Shown: in pieces, positions 9,953 to 18,823 of the stretch
Layout: each line of letters begins with the position of its first letter
Position numbering within the stretch: position 1 is the stretch's first letter
Source of the DNA: a virus
Taxonomy: Duplodnaviria; Caudoviricetes
Length of the DNA: 26,034 bases
Direction: 5' to 3' (one strand)
IMG/VR virus record: IMGVR_UViG_3300042516_001936
Span: 1 to 26,034 of that record
Notes under the pieces: generated by a model
Databases searched by the model: none
Told to the model about the DNA's origin: nothing
What the model saw: only the letters and a program-made list of their open reading frames with translations
Made by a program: the position numbers and the translations under genes

Positions 9953-11967
9953 TAAATAGCCCTCCCCTTAATATCTTTATTTGGAAACTTAACTTCAAAT
10001 ACTGATGGATCTAATGATGGATATACCATTTTACCCTTTGTTGCTGCTCGAATGTTATATGAATTTTTAGAGTAACTACCTAAACATTTATTTACGATTT
10101 CACATTTTGGAACGGACTGAACTCCCTCTACTCCTGCAATTAATAATTCAACTTCAGAAATATTAATTGGCATATTAAATGTCCAATTGTCTATATTAAA
10201 GTATTGTTGGAGTTCGGTAATACAACGAGTTAAAACTTCTCTTTTGTTATAACCACCATAAACTCTAATTTCAAAATCAACACCAATATTAATCACAAAC
10301 CCATCCAATAAATTTACACCATCGGTTAATAATCTATATTCATTCATGTATGTTTTAAGATTTTCTTTAACCGCTCTATTAAGAGGTGATAAATTTTTGT
10401 TTAAGTTATATCCTAACACATATAAATTAATTGCGAATGGATTATTTTTTTCTTGTATATTATTTTTCTTACCAATTAAAAATCTTTGAACTTCTTCTTT
10501 GATTTGGTCTTCAGTTAATTCTCTATTTTTTAAATCGGTAATTAAACCAGTAAATTCACTCAACACATCAGGATTCGCTAGAATAGAAGATGGTGAATTA
10601 TTATCCAACTCGCCATCAGGTGCACAATATGCTTTTGCAATTCCACCATATTTTGCTGGTAATGATAATGCTCTTACTTGATAATCTTTACGAGTTACTG
10701 CTCTATTTTGAGCACCAAAATTTGCAAGTGAATTTTCTCTAATTTCTTCAATAGTTTCTGCACCTCTACCTCCGGTTGCAGGAATTTCATTATCTACTGC
10801 AACTGATGCTTTCATTGAATTATATAATCGTAATTCATCAGGTGTAAAAGTTGTTGTATCATCATCAAATTCAATCCTATCAATTTTTGTCAAATCTCCT
10901 TTGGGTACATTTGAACTAATACCACCACCAATTAAATATGAAACGGCAAGTGTTGTATTAGAAGGTGATTGACCGTATGTGTTAGTTTTTAAGAAATTTG
11001 CTGGGTCAAATGATGAACCTAATTTACTAATTGATGAATTTAATCCTAATCCCACATTTTTAAAATTTGGTATTAGTGTTTCATCACTCGTACTCATACC
11101 CCCACCAAATACAAGTGTAGTTGTATTATTTTCGTTTATTTGTTTTACAAATCTACGAGAAGTTTTGATTAATTTTAATACATTTGGAACCGAATCTTTG
11201 AATTGAACTAAATCTTTATCGGTTTGTTCGGAGTTTGGATAATCTATATAAACCATCTCTTGTGCAAGATATGGAACCTCATACCATTTATTTCCATTTG
11301 AATCACGAACATCGTAAATATCAATAACATTTGTATCTGCTATTTCTATTTTAGAAAATTGTTGAGCAGAACCAAAACTTATACTTTGAGATTTTAAAGT
11401 TGCTGAAATCGCATTAACATATTTTTTAATCAAATATAAATTAGGTTCTCCTGATAAAGAATCAGTTCTATACACACTTATTTCTCTTTCATCTTCAACA
11501 CTAAAATCTAACATTTCAGTTGTTCTAAATATAATAGAACTTGGACCGGATACCAACATACCTTCTTTAATTCTTAAAAAATAAGTTTCATCAGGTTTAA
11601 TATCACTTCCAGTTCGTGTTGCCGGTACTAATTGGTATACCGATAATTTTGTAATTGCAGGAGATGTTACTTTGGGTTTATATCCTAAATAATTTGCAAG
11701 AGCTATAACATTATTTTTATCCTCCGCATATAACATCATTGATTCTTTTAATGAATCATCAACATAATAAGAAAGAACATCACCTATATACGATGCCATT
11801 TCAATGAATAACATACCAGGTGATGCCTCATTGAAATCGGAATAAGTTTTTGGGAAATATGTTTTTGCGTATTCAATTAGATTACGTCTAAATGATGCAA
11901 AATCTTTATTAAGATATTTTATATCTCTACCCTGATTACTTCTTCTTGTTGTACTATTTAGTGCCAT
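9952..11967 (-). CDS. Baseplate wedge subunit (T4 gp6 / P2 gpJ-like)
   Basis: 671 aa. YLNKDFASFR...DFNEASPGMLFIEMASYIGDVLSYY at the N-terminus and ATGGRGAETIEEIR...QNRAVTRKDY are typical baseplate J/gp6 motifs; follows the gp25-like gene. Confidence 0.9.
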   Translation of the reverse strand: MALNSTTRRSNQGRDIKYLNKDFASFRRNLIEYAKTYFPKTYSDFNEASPGMLFIEMASYIGDVLSYYVDDSLKESMMLYAEDKNNVIALANYLGYKPKVTSPAITKLSVYQLVPATRTGSDIKPDETYFLRIKEGMLVSGPSSIIFRTTEMLDFSVEDEREISVYRTDSLSGEPNLYLIKKYVNAISATLKSQSISFGSAQQFSKIEIADTNVIDIYDVRDSNGNKWYEVPYLAQEMVYIDYPNSEQTDKDLVQFKDSVPNVLKLIKTSRRFVKQINENNTTTLVFGGGMSTSDETLIPNFKNVGLGLNSSISKLGSSFDPANFLKTNTYGQSPSNTTLAVSYLIGGGISSNVPKGDLTKIDRIEFDDDTTTFTPDELRLYNSMKASVAVDNEIPATGGRGAETIEEIRENSLANFGAQNRAVTRKDYQVRALSLPAKYGGIAKAYCAPDGELDNNSPSSILANPDVLSEFTGLITDLKNRELTEDQIKEEVQRFLIGKKNNIQEKNNPFAINLYVLGYNLNKNLSPLNRAVKENLKTYMNEYRLLTDGVNLLDGFVINIGVDFEIRVYGGYNKREVLTRCITELQQYFNIDNWTFNMPINISEVELLIAGVEGVQSVPKCEIVNKCLGSYSKNSYNIRAATKGKMVYPSLDPSVFEVKFPNKDIKGRAI

Positions 11968-11971
11968 TTAA

Positions 11972-12403
11972 TTAACCTCGTATCGTAAATGTTATTTCTT
12001 CTGTATTTATTTGATTACCAACTGTAAATTGAATATTCATATTTGCTATATTTCTATCTTTCATCTCATCTGTCATTTCGATATCGATTTGTTTGATAGT
12101 AATATAAGGCAACCAATAATTTACATTAGTTGTTATTGTCTCTTCTAATCTAGTTTCAAAATCATCTGTCATTTGTTCAAAAAGTAAAGATTGTAATCCA
12201 GTACCAAAGTTGGGTTGCATAACTCGTTCACCTTTTTTGGTAAGTAAAAGATTTTTTAAATTAGCTTTTGCTTGTTCAAAGACAGAAAATGCTTGATTAA
12301 AATATCCAGTATTACCTCGTTGGACAGGTAGAGTGATACCGTAAGCAAAATCATTAAATGCTTCAGTATCTTTTACAATCTTTTTATTTAAAACATATGC
12401 CAT
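11972..12403 (-). CDS. gp25: Baseplate wedge / sheath-initiator protein (T4 gp25 / GPW family)
   Basis: 143 aa with NLKNLLLTKKGERVMQPNFGTGLQSLLFE, the GPW_gp25 signature. Confidence 0.93.
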   Translation of the reverse strand: MAYVLNKKIVKDTEAFNDFAYGITLPVQRGNTGYFNQAFSVFEQAKANLKNLLLTKKGERVMQPNFGTGLQSLLFEQMTDDFETRLEETITTNVNYWLPYITIKQIDIEMTDEMKDRNIANMNIQFTVGNQINTEEITFTIRG

Positions 12404-12405
12404 TA

Positions 12406-13041
12406 TTACTTATTGAACCTCTTAACTAATTGAGAGTAATCTCGGTTTAATGCTTTATCTAATGCTTCGTTTCCAGTTTTAACACCTAAACCACCTCGTT
12501 GAGCACCTCCTCCGAAATCACCATAACCCATCTTCTCTGCCATTTGATTTCTCATAGCACCCAAGCCTACTTGTGCAGTTACTGGATTATTAAATGTAAA
12601 TGTTTCATCAATATCAGGTTCTGCATCCATATACGAAGGAACATAAGATGCTGCTTCTTGAATCGGTTGTTGGTATGTATCTAAAATTGAAGTACCACCA
12701 CCAAGACCACTTCTTTGAGCAGAACTAAATGGTTGTGTTTGATTTAGTATTTCATTCAATACTGGATTTTTTGTAAACTCTTTTGTTGGTTTATTTTGTG
12801 TTTGTTGTCTTTCTTTTTGTAAGACAGATTCTGCAAGAGCAAAAGGATCTAATTCTTTTATTTTAGTTGTAGTTTGAATCGGAGTTTTACTTTTTGTTTC
12901 TTTTAAAAGTTTTACCATTTTGGCATTAACTTCTTCTTCCAAAATTTTTGGAAAAATTTTAGTTAGAAAATGTTCTTGTTTTTTAGCAACTTCCGCTTCT
13001 ACAATTATTTGAATTAACTTTGCTAATTTTTTACTATCCAT
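12406..13041 (-). CDS. Hypothetical phage protein
   Basis: 211 aa, preceded by the promoter-like 10-mer, ends 2 nt before the gp25-like start; no recognised motif. Confidence 0.75.
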   Translation of the reverse strand: MDSKKLAKLIQIIVEAEVAKKQEHFLTKIFPKILEEEVNAKMVKLLKETKSKTPIQTTTKIKELDPFALAESVLQKERQQTQNKPTKEFTKNPVLNEILNQTQPFSSAQRSGLGGGTSILDTYQQPIQEAASYVPSYMDAEPDIDETFTFNNPVTAQVGLGAMRNQMAEKMGYGDFGGGAQRGGLGVKTGNEALDKALNRDYSQLVKRFNK

Positions 13042-13062
13042 TTTTATTCGGTTTTATTCTTT

Positions 13063-13072
13063 ATATAAATAT
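13063..13072 (-). promoter_or_regulatory. Putative phage late promoter ATATTTATAT
   Basis: Same 10-mer, 21 nt before the ATG at 13041. Confidence 0.75.
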
Positions 13073-13095
13073 ACCTTTTATGGATTTTGTATTCT

Positions 13096-13126
13096 AAATA
13101 AAAAAAGGGAGTTTTCACTCCCTTTT
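13096..13126 (-). terminator. Intrinsic terminator after the TBDR-lipoprotein operon
   Basis: Minus strand AAAAGGGAGT-GAAA-ACTCCCTTTT followed by TTTATTT; perfect stem, GNRA loop, 3 nt after the lipoprotein stop. Confidence 0.88.
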
Positions 13127-13129
13127 AAT

Positions 13130-14326
13130 TTAATTACCTTTAGATGGGAATCTAGTCCATCCATTAACCCATACAGGCTTATCTAATTCAGGTATTACTA
13201 CATCTATCTCCTTATTACTCTTTGAAAGTGCTAAAGTTTTAAGTTGGTCATTTGTTAAAATTGTGGTTGCTCTACTGATAAAGTTTAGGGTAGGGTTAAA
13301 TGTTCCTACTGAATTGTTTTCAAATACCGAAACTCCATCTTTTACGAATTGTGCAGTTTCATTACTTTCTAAACTCAATCCACCTTTCATCCATCCCCAA
13401 ATTACACTATTCTTCATTGTGAATTGGGTTGCTCTTCTAAATCTTAAACCTAAATTATGGTTTGCCAGTGCAGTTGATACATTAGGTCCAACCAATACCA
13501 TATTCAATAATTTAGGATGTGTTACTGGTTGTGCAGATGAACCAGTTCCATCATTATCACATTCCACACCATTTCCGGCATCACCACTATCTACGAATTG
13601 AGGGTCTCTCTTTGCTACACCATTTGTGATAGTTCCAGTATATCCAAAATCAAAATCAAAGTCATCATCTGCGGTTGCGAATGCATATAAGTTTTTAGGT
13701 GATACCGTTCCGCCAAAGAATTCGAATGCATCATCGTTAGCATAGATAGTTTGAACATTCTCAATGATTGTTCCACTACCTACACCACCCAAAGTTAATG
13801 CGTTGATTTCAGAGTTTGGCATTGCAGCAATTCCAGCGTATTCAATCCTTACATATTTTAGAACACCACTATTATCGAAATCGTTGGTTCCACCGAATGC
13901 TCTACCAATACCACCTTCGATAGTTGGTTCGGATGTTCTATTGGTTTTTGCTCTACCCAATATCACAATACCACCCCAATCACCAGGAGTTCTTTCACCT
14001 ACTGCTTTACCAGATGTAAACACAATTGGTTTTGCTGCAGTTCCTTCTGCTATAATTTGTGCACCTCTTTCAATACATAATGCACCCTTCTCACTTATAT
14101 CGGAAATGATGGTTGTTCCAGGTTGAATGATAAGTTTAGCACCATCGGTTACATAAACATATCCTTTCAATGTCCAAACTTTATCTGATGTAAGGGTTGT
14201 GGTTGTGTTGATGTTACCAGTTAAGGTTGTTGATAAGGGAGTGTTAATAGGAGCATCATCTCCACCTAATTCTTTTTGGCAGCTGAATAATCCCACGATT
14301 GCGAATAATACTAATAGTTTTCTCAT
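13130..14326 (-). CDS. Outer-membrane lipoprotein, probable beta-helix fold, partner of the TonB-dependent receptor
   Basis: 398 aa. Lipoprotein signal MRKLLVLFAIVGLFS/C16; acidic motifs GDWGGIVILG, DNSGVLKYVRIEYAG, DDAFEFFGG, DDDFDFDFGY; ATGA overlap with the receptor stop. Confidence 0.85.
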   Translation of the reverse strand: MRKLLVLFAIVGLFSCQKELGGDDAPINTPLSTTLTGNINTTTTLTSDKVWTLKGYVYVTDGAKLIIQPGTTIISDISEKGALCIERGAQIIAEGTAAKPIVFTSGKAVGERTPGDWGGIVILGRAKTNRTSEPTIEGGIGRAFGGTNDFDNSGVLKYVRIEYAGIAAMPNSEINALTLGGVGSGTIIENVQTIYANDDAFEFFGGTVSPKNLYAFATADDDFDFDFGYTGTITNGVAKRDPQFVDSGDAGNGVECDNDGTGSSAQPVTHPKLLNMVLVGPNVSTALANHNLGLRFRRATQFTMKNSVIWGWMKGGLSLESNETAQFVKDGVSVFENNSVGTFNPTLNFISRATTILTNDQLKTLALSKSNKEIDVVIPELDKPVWVNGWTRFPSKGN

Positions 14327-16800
14327 AATGTTAAATTTAGTGTTAGTGAAATTGTTTGTTCGTTGTTTGTTTTGATTAAATTTCTGTTTTGTACTTTTTG
14401 ATAATAGATTGATGATTGGCCAAATACATCACCTATTGCCAATTTGATTTCTCCATTTTTGAGTTTATGTAAAAAGGTTATATCCAATACATCTCTACTA
14501 TTCTCAAAAATGTCTGGATAACCTTGAAATCCTACTGCTGATATTCTATCTCCTACTCTGTTATGTGTTATATTGAGTGTGTTTTTATTTTTATGTATAT
14601 TCACACCACCATTTACCACATAGTTTGACTGTCCTTGTAATTGTCTTTTAGTTCCACCAACTTCCACCTCCGAGTTCATTAGTGAAGTATTTGTATACAC
14701 ATCCAACCATTCGGTGACCTTTTTACGAAACTCCAATTCAACTCCATAAAGAAGTGCATCATCAGGATTTGTATAAGTTAATAACAAATTGGATGGAACC
14801 GAACCATCTGCTACTATTTGTTCTATCGGTCTAATGAATTGTTTACCGAATACGGATACTGAAATGTTCTCTCCCATAGTTGGATACAATTCCCACTTCA
14901 TATCTATATTGTATATGTCCGTTTTTTCTAACTTTGAATTACCCAATATTTGTGCGTTTCTCACAAAATCATAATAAGCAAAATTAGCTACTTCTCTAAA
15001 CTCTGGTCTTGCCAATGTTTTACTTACTGAAAATCTATACTTTGTTTTATCCAAATTATATGAAAGGTTTAGTGATGGTAGAACATCCAAATATTCTCTA
15101 TTCACATTTACCTTTCCACCACTAAAATCTGCAGTAGATACATCGAATAGGTTATACTCACCTCTTACTCCTGTATTTAGTTTCCACTTACCCCATTCGT
15201 TTTCATACATTGAGTAAAGAGAACCTAAATCAAAATCGGCAGTATATCTATCGGTATTGTTTGTTATCTCATCCATCAAATCTGCTGCAGTATATCTAAA
15301 AACTCTTGCATTAAATCCTCTAATCTTTTTTAGATATCCACCACCAACTTTTATCTTACCCAACTCTTTGTTGATATTACCATTGAAACTATTCTCATCC
15401 ATAATCGACCAGAAACGATAGGTATCTCTCCATGCAGTAGCGTATGGTTCGTTCACACCTAACGATTTTGTGATTGGATTTACTCTGTAATCAGGTTGTT
15501 CTCTGAATATGAAATTGTATCCTAAATTGAAATCCCAAGTCCTAATCTTTCCATCAAATTGAGAATTAATTACAACATTGTTTATATGATTGGATGAATT
15601 GGTTAATACATCTTGTAGGTTATCATAATTTTCACCACTACGGGTTAGATAGGTATCATCTTCCTGATAATTTACTAATGTTTTCCAACTATATCGGTTC
15701 TCACCCAAATAAGTTAAGTTTAATAAACCATTTGTAGAAAATCTTTTTGTGTATAGGATATCCTTGTAATCGTATGCTAATTCAGTTGATGATTGGTAAT
15801 CTTTTCTTTGGATATCATTTAGTATGAATGAGTTTCGGATTGTTGAACTGAATAGGGAATTGAACTTACCTTTTGTGTATCCAAATGATAGTCCACCATT
15901 TAGATTTGGAATTGATTGGAAATTCGTTTCACTTGGATTGCCGATTTGTTTTGTAAATAATCTCTTATCACCATTACCACTAATTCTATATTTGTAGGTA
16001 GAAGGGAATGTGGAAGGGAAATCGGTAGTTTGAACTAACTTAAAATCTCTAAAAGTTGAAACCGAACCCCAGCCACTTCCCAATGATATATTAAAAAAAT
16101 TATCAGATACTTCCTTTGTTGTAATTTGCACCAAACCACCACTCCAATCGCCAGGTTGATTTGCTGATGCTGATTTAGAAACTATAATGTTATCAATTAA
16201 TGCGGTTGGGATTATATCAAATGAAAATGCTCTCCTATCAGGTTCGGTTGATGGTAATGGGGTTTTGTTTAAGATAGCAGAGTTGTAACGGTCTGCCAAC
16301 CCTCTTACCAACACAAACTTATCATTTTGGATTGTTACACCACTTACTCTTTTAAGTGCATCACCCACATTTCTATCAGGTGTTTTCTTAATGAAATCTA
16401 TTGATACACCATCCGATACTACTGATGAATTACGAATTGATTTTACAACTGAAACCTCACTTACTTTCTGTCCAATTGCTTGTATTGTAACTTCTGTTAA
16501 TTCAGTAGTTTCTTCTTCTAATAGGATATCTAATTGGATATTATCTTTTACATCTATTTGTTTTACAAAAGTTTTATATCCTAAAAATGATGCTCTTAAT
16601 TCGTAAACGCCAGTTGGAATAGTTATTTCATAATTTGAATCTATATCAGATGCAACTCCTGATATTTTACCATCCGAATTTGTTAAAAGTATGTTTACAA
16701 ATGGAAGTGGTTCTTTAATAGATTTTGTAGAACCTTTGATTGTTACTTGCGAAAATAACAAGTTTGGTAAAAGTAATAATAGTAAAAATAAGCGTTTCAT
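14323..16800 (-). CDS. TonB-dependent outer-membrane receptor
   Basis: Start placed at ATG 16800 (signal peptide MKRLFLLLLLLPNLLFSQ) rather than TTG 16809. Carboxypeptidase-regulatory-like N-domain (GVYELRASFLGYK), plug motifs (VRGLADRYN, DIIPTALIDNIIVSKS, SGGLVQITTK), barrel motifs (LPSLNLSY, SKTLARPEFRE, YGVELEFRK) and an amphipathic last strand ISLTLNLTL. Confidence 0.93.
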   Translation of the reverse strand: MKRLFLLLLLLPNLLFSQVTIKGSTKSIKEPLPFVNILLTNSDGKISGVASDIDSNYEITIPTGVYELRASFLGYKTFVKQIDVKDNIQLDILLEEETTELTEVTIQAIGQKVSEVSVVKSIRNSSVVSDGVSIDFIKKTPDRNVGDALKRVSGVTIQNDKFVLVRGLADRYNSAILNKTPLPSTEPDRRAFSFDIIPTALIDNIIVSKSASANQPGDWSGGLVQITTKEVSDNFFNISLGSGWGSVSTFRDFKLVQTTDFPSTFPSTYKYRISGNGDKRLFTKQIGNPSETNFQSIPNLNGGLSFGYTKGKFNSLFSSTIRNSFILNDIQRKDYQSSTELAYDYKDILYTKRFSTNGLLNLTYLGENRYSWKTLVNYQEDDTYLTRSGENYDNLQDVLTNSSNHINNVVINSQFDGKIRTWDFNLGYNFIFREQPDYRVNPITKSLGVNEPYATAWRDTYRFWSIMDENSFNGNINKELGKIKVGGGYLKKIRGFNARVFRYTAADLMDEITNNTDRYTADFDLGSLYSMYENEWGKWKLNTGVRGEYNLFDVSTADFSGGKVNVNREYLDVLPSLNLSYNLDKTKYRFSVSKTLARPEFREVANFAYYDFVRNAQILGNSKLEKTDIYNIDMKWELYPTMGENISVSVFGKQFIRPIEQIVADGSVPSNLLLTYTNPDDALLYGVELEFRKKVTEWLDVYTNTSLMNSEVEVGGTKRQLQGQSNYVVNGGVNIHKNKNTLNITHNRVGDRISAVGFQGYPDIFENSRDVLDITFLHKLKNGEIKLAIGDVFGQSSIYYQKVQNRNLIKTNNEQTISLTLNLTL

Positions 16801-16819
16801 AGTTATCAAGTTAGTTCCC

Positions 16820-16888
16820 CAATAACTATATTTCGAAATATTTAAAATTTTAACTTTTAGATTATCAAATTATTAATAAATTGTTTAT
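16820..16888 (-). promoter_or_regulatory. Putative regulatory region of the TBDR operon (variant late promoter, palindrome, 11-bp periodic repeats)
   Basis: ATAGTTATTG (16829-16820, 7/10 match to the 10-mer) 19 nt before the ATG; perfect 14-bp palindrome ATATTTCGAAATAT (16828-16841); 11-bp-spaced units at 16888-16845. Confidence 0.4.
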
Positions 16889-17869
16889 TTAAGTGTAAAG
16901 ATTTGGATTTTCTTTTAATTTACTCCAATATGCACAAAATTTTTGTTTTCTATCTTCCCATCCATTAGGAAGTCCATTTTTATTTTTACCATTAATTCGT
17001 ATTGAAACTGCTAATACTGATGCTTCAGTATCATCTTTTGCCAATGTGTTTATATCATTTTTCTTCCAAAACCATCCGGCAGTTTCAGTATAATAATCAG
17101 TTGCAACAACAGTTGGATTAGTAACAACGCCTGGTCTTACTTTATCGTATTGGGTATAGTTATACCTACCAGTAACTTGTATATATCCCCGACCTTTAAA
17201 TCTACGTCCATCTCCTTTTTGAGTATTTCCCAAATTCTTTCTACCTTCATATGCTTCACCACTTGCAATTTCTTCTTTATAATAAAAATTTGCAGTTTCA
17301 TGTGCAACTTGTGCAAGAAAATGTGCCCTTTGTAACGGAGTTTTAATTCCATATAGTTTCATAGTTTCAATCAATAACGGCTCAGGGTCTTTAATAGTTA
17401 CTTTGCCACACGCAGTTATTACTTGAGTTGGGTTTACATTTGTAGGTGTACTTGTATTCGATGATTCTCGTTTTCTTTTTGCCTCGGGTAAATCTCTGTT
17501 TACATCTTCTATTTTTAAATTACCTTTAATAACTTCACCACCGAGTTGACCACCTATCGCAGTAGAATCTGAAATTGCATATCCCTTATTACTTGCAATA
17601 TTTGATACTGCTAATTCTTCCGGCTTAAAAACTACAAGTTCATCAAAATTTTGTAGTACTTCTTCACTCAATGTTAAATCGGGTGGTGGACCACCTTGAC
17701 CACTTGGAATAGTATACCCTGTCCAAGTTTTAAATCCTGGTAATGGTAGAGGTGAAGGCAATATAGTACCAATGGTGATATAAATACCACCCACCGTTTG
17801 TAAATGTAATTGCATTTGTGTGATTAATTGATTTAAAAACACTTCACTATCGTTAGTTGGTCTTGCCAT
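16889..17869 (-). CDS. Protein with C-terminal GH19 (chitinase/lysozyme-like) peptidoglycan hydrolase domain
   Basis: 326 aa. RAHFLAQVAHET, YEGRKNLGNTQKGDGRRFKGRGYIQVTGRYNY, AGWFW and RING are phage GH19 lysin motifs; N-terminal 55 aa are non-catalytic. Confidence 0.92.
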   Translation of the reverse strand: MARPTNDSEVFLNQLITQMQLHLQTVGGIYITIGTILPSPLPLPGFKTWTGYTIPSGQGGPPPDLTLSEEVLQNFDELVVFKPEELAVSNIASNKGYAISDSTAIGGQLGGEVIKGNLKIEDVNRDLPEAKRKRESSNTSTPTNVNPTQVITACGKVTIKDPEPLLIETMKLYGIKTPLQRAHFLAQVAHETANFYYKEEIASGEAYEGRKNLGNTQKGDGRRFKGRGYIQVTGRYNYTQYDKVRPGVVTNPTVVATDYYTETAGWFWKKNDINTLAKDDTEASVLAVSIRINGKNKNGLPNGWEDRKQKFCAYWSKLKENPNLYT

Positions 17870-17875
17870 ATCTTA

Positions 17876-18811
17876 TTATCCTATTTTTTGTGATTCTACT
17901 GCAGCTATACCATTTTCGTTTAATCGCCAAAGGGCAACTGTATTAAAATCTACACCACTTGTTTGAACCTTACCTTGAGTGAAATCACTAACCCAAGCAA
18001 ATCCGGTCCAAACTTGTATGTGACCGTATGCACGAGATTTGTAACCTTGGGCTATCACATCTCCAACTTGCCATTTTGTTGCGTCTTTAATCCATTCCTC
18101 ACTTACCTTGACTTTATTATGATAATACTTTGTACCGTTAACATCAATAGCAAATGAAGATGCACCGGTTGTTGGAGTATCTGTGCCAGGACTTTTAAAT
18201 GAAAACCAATCTGCGTGACCGTATATTTTACCAAGTTCATTTATACCAGTCAATGCAGCAACTACTGCTTGAGTACCTTGTGGACATAATCCATGAATAT
18301 CTTTAATATAACCACGTCTTAAATTTTCATATTTTACTCTTTTATTTTTACCAAGTTTTGGTGCAAGATCTCCTGCAATTTTTAATAATTTATCTAATGT
18401 TCGATACCCACTTTTTACCTCCTTACCTTCTGGTTCCTCATTCAATCCTTGGTTTTTAACCTCATCATCAATTATTTGTGTTTTAACATTATTCAATTGA
18501 GTTGCAGCTGATTTTTCTAAATCAGTAACAGCTTTGGCATCTACAATTTTTTGATTTATTTTATTAATATCAGGATTTATAATTTCCTGAACCTCTGGAT
18601 CATTTTTATCTAATGGAACTCTACTCCAATCTAATTTTTGATAAACATCGTAATTAATTGCATCGGGGGCAAGCGGGGTTTCTAAAGTCACATCCGATGG
18701 TGTCCATATACCAGAATTTGTTGTAAAATTTGTTATTTGTGAAATATGTACGAATACCCCAATAGGTGTTATTGATGGTATTGGTGGTGGAAATAAACGC
18801 ATTGTTGCCAT
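17876..18811 (-). CDS. Protein with C-terminal CHAP/NlpC-P60-like (Tae-type) cysteine amidase domain
   Basis: 311 aa. Cys in HGLCPQGT, then GDVI and YGHIQVWTGFAWVSDFTQ, matching the Cys-His papain-like peptidoglycan amidase pattern. Confidence 0.72.
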   Translation of the reverse strand: MATMRLFPPPIPSITPIGVFVHISQITNFTTNSGIWTPSDVTLETPLAPDAINYDVYQKLDWSRVPLDKNDPEVQEIINPDINKINQKIVDAKAVTDLEKSAATQLNNVKTQIIDDEVKNQGLNEEPEGKEVKSGYRTLDKLLKIAGDLAPKLGKNKRVKYENLRRGYIKDIHGLCPQGTQAVVAALTGINELGKIYGHADWFSFKSPGTDTPTTGASSFAIDVNGTKYYHNKVKVSEEWIKDATKWQVGDVIAQGYKSRAYGHIQVWTGFAWVSDFTQGKVQTSGVDFNTVALWRLNENGIAAVESQKIG

Positions 18812-18823
18812 AGTTCTATATGT

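Noticed and set aside
6324-17352. Alternative-frame minus-strand ORFs 6324..6602, 8042..8260 and 17137..17352
   Set aside because: Nested in or largely overlapping better-supported genes; 6324..6602 also runs across a promoter motif.
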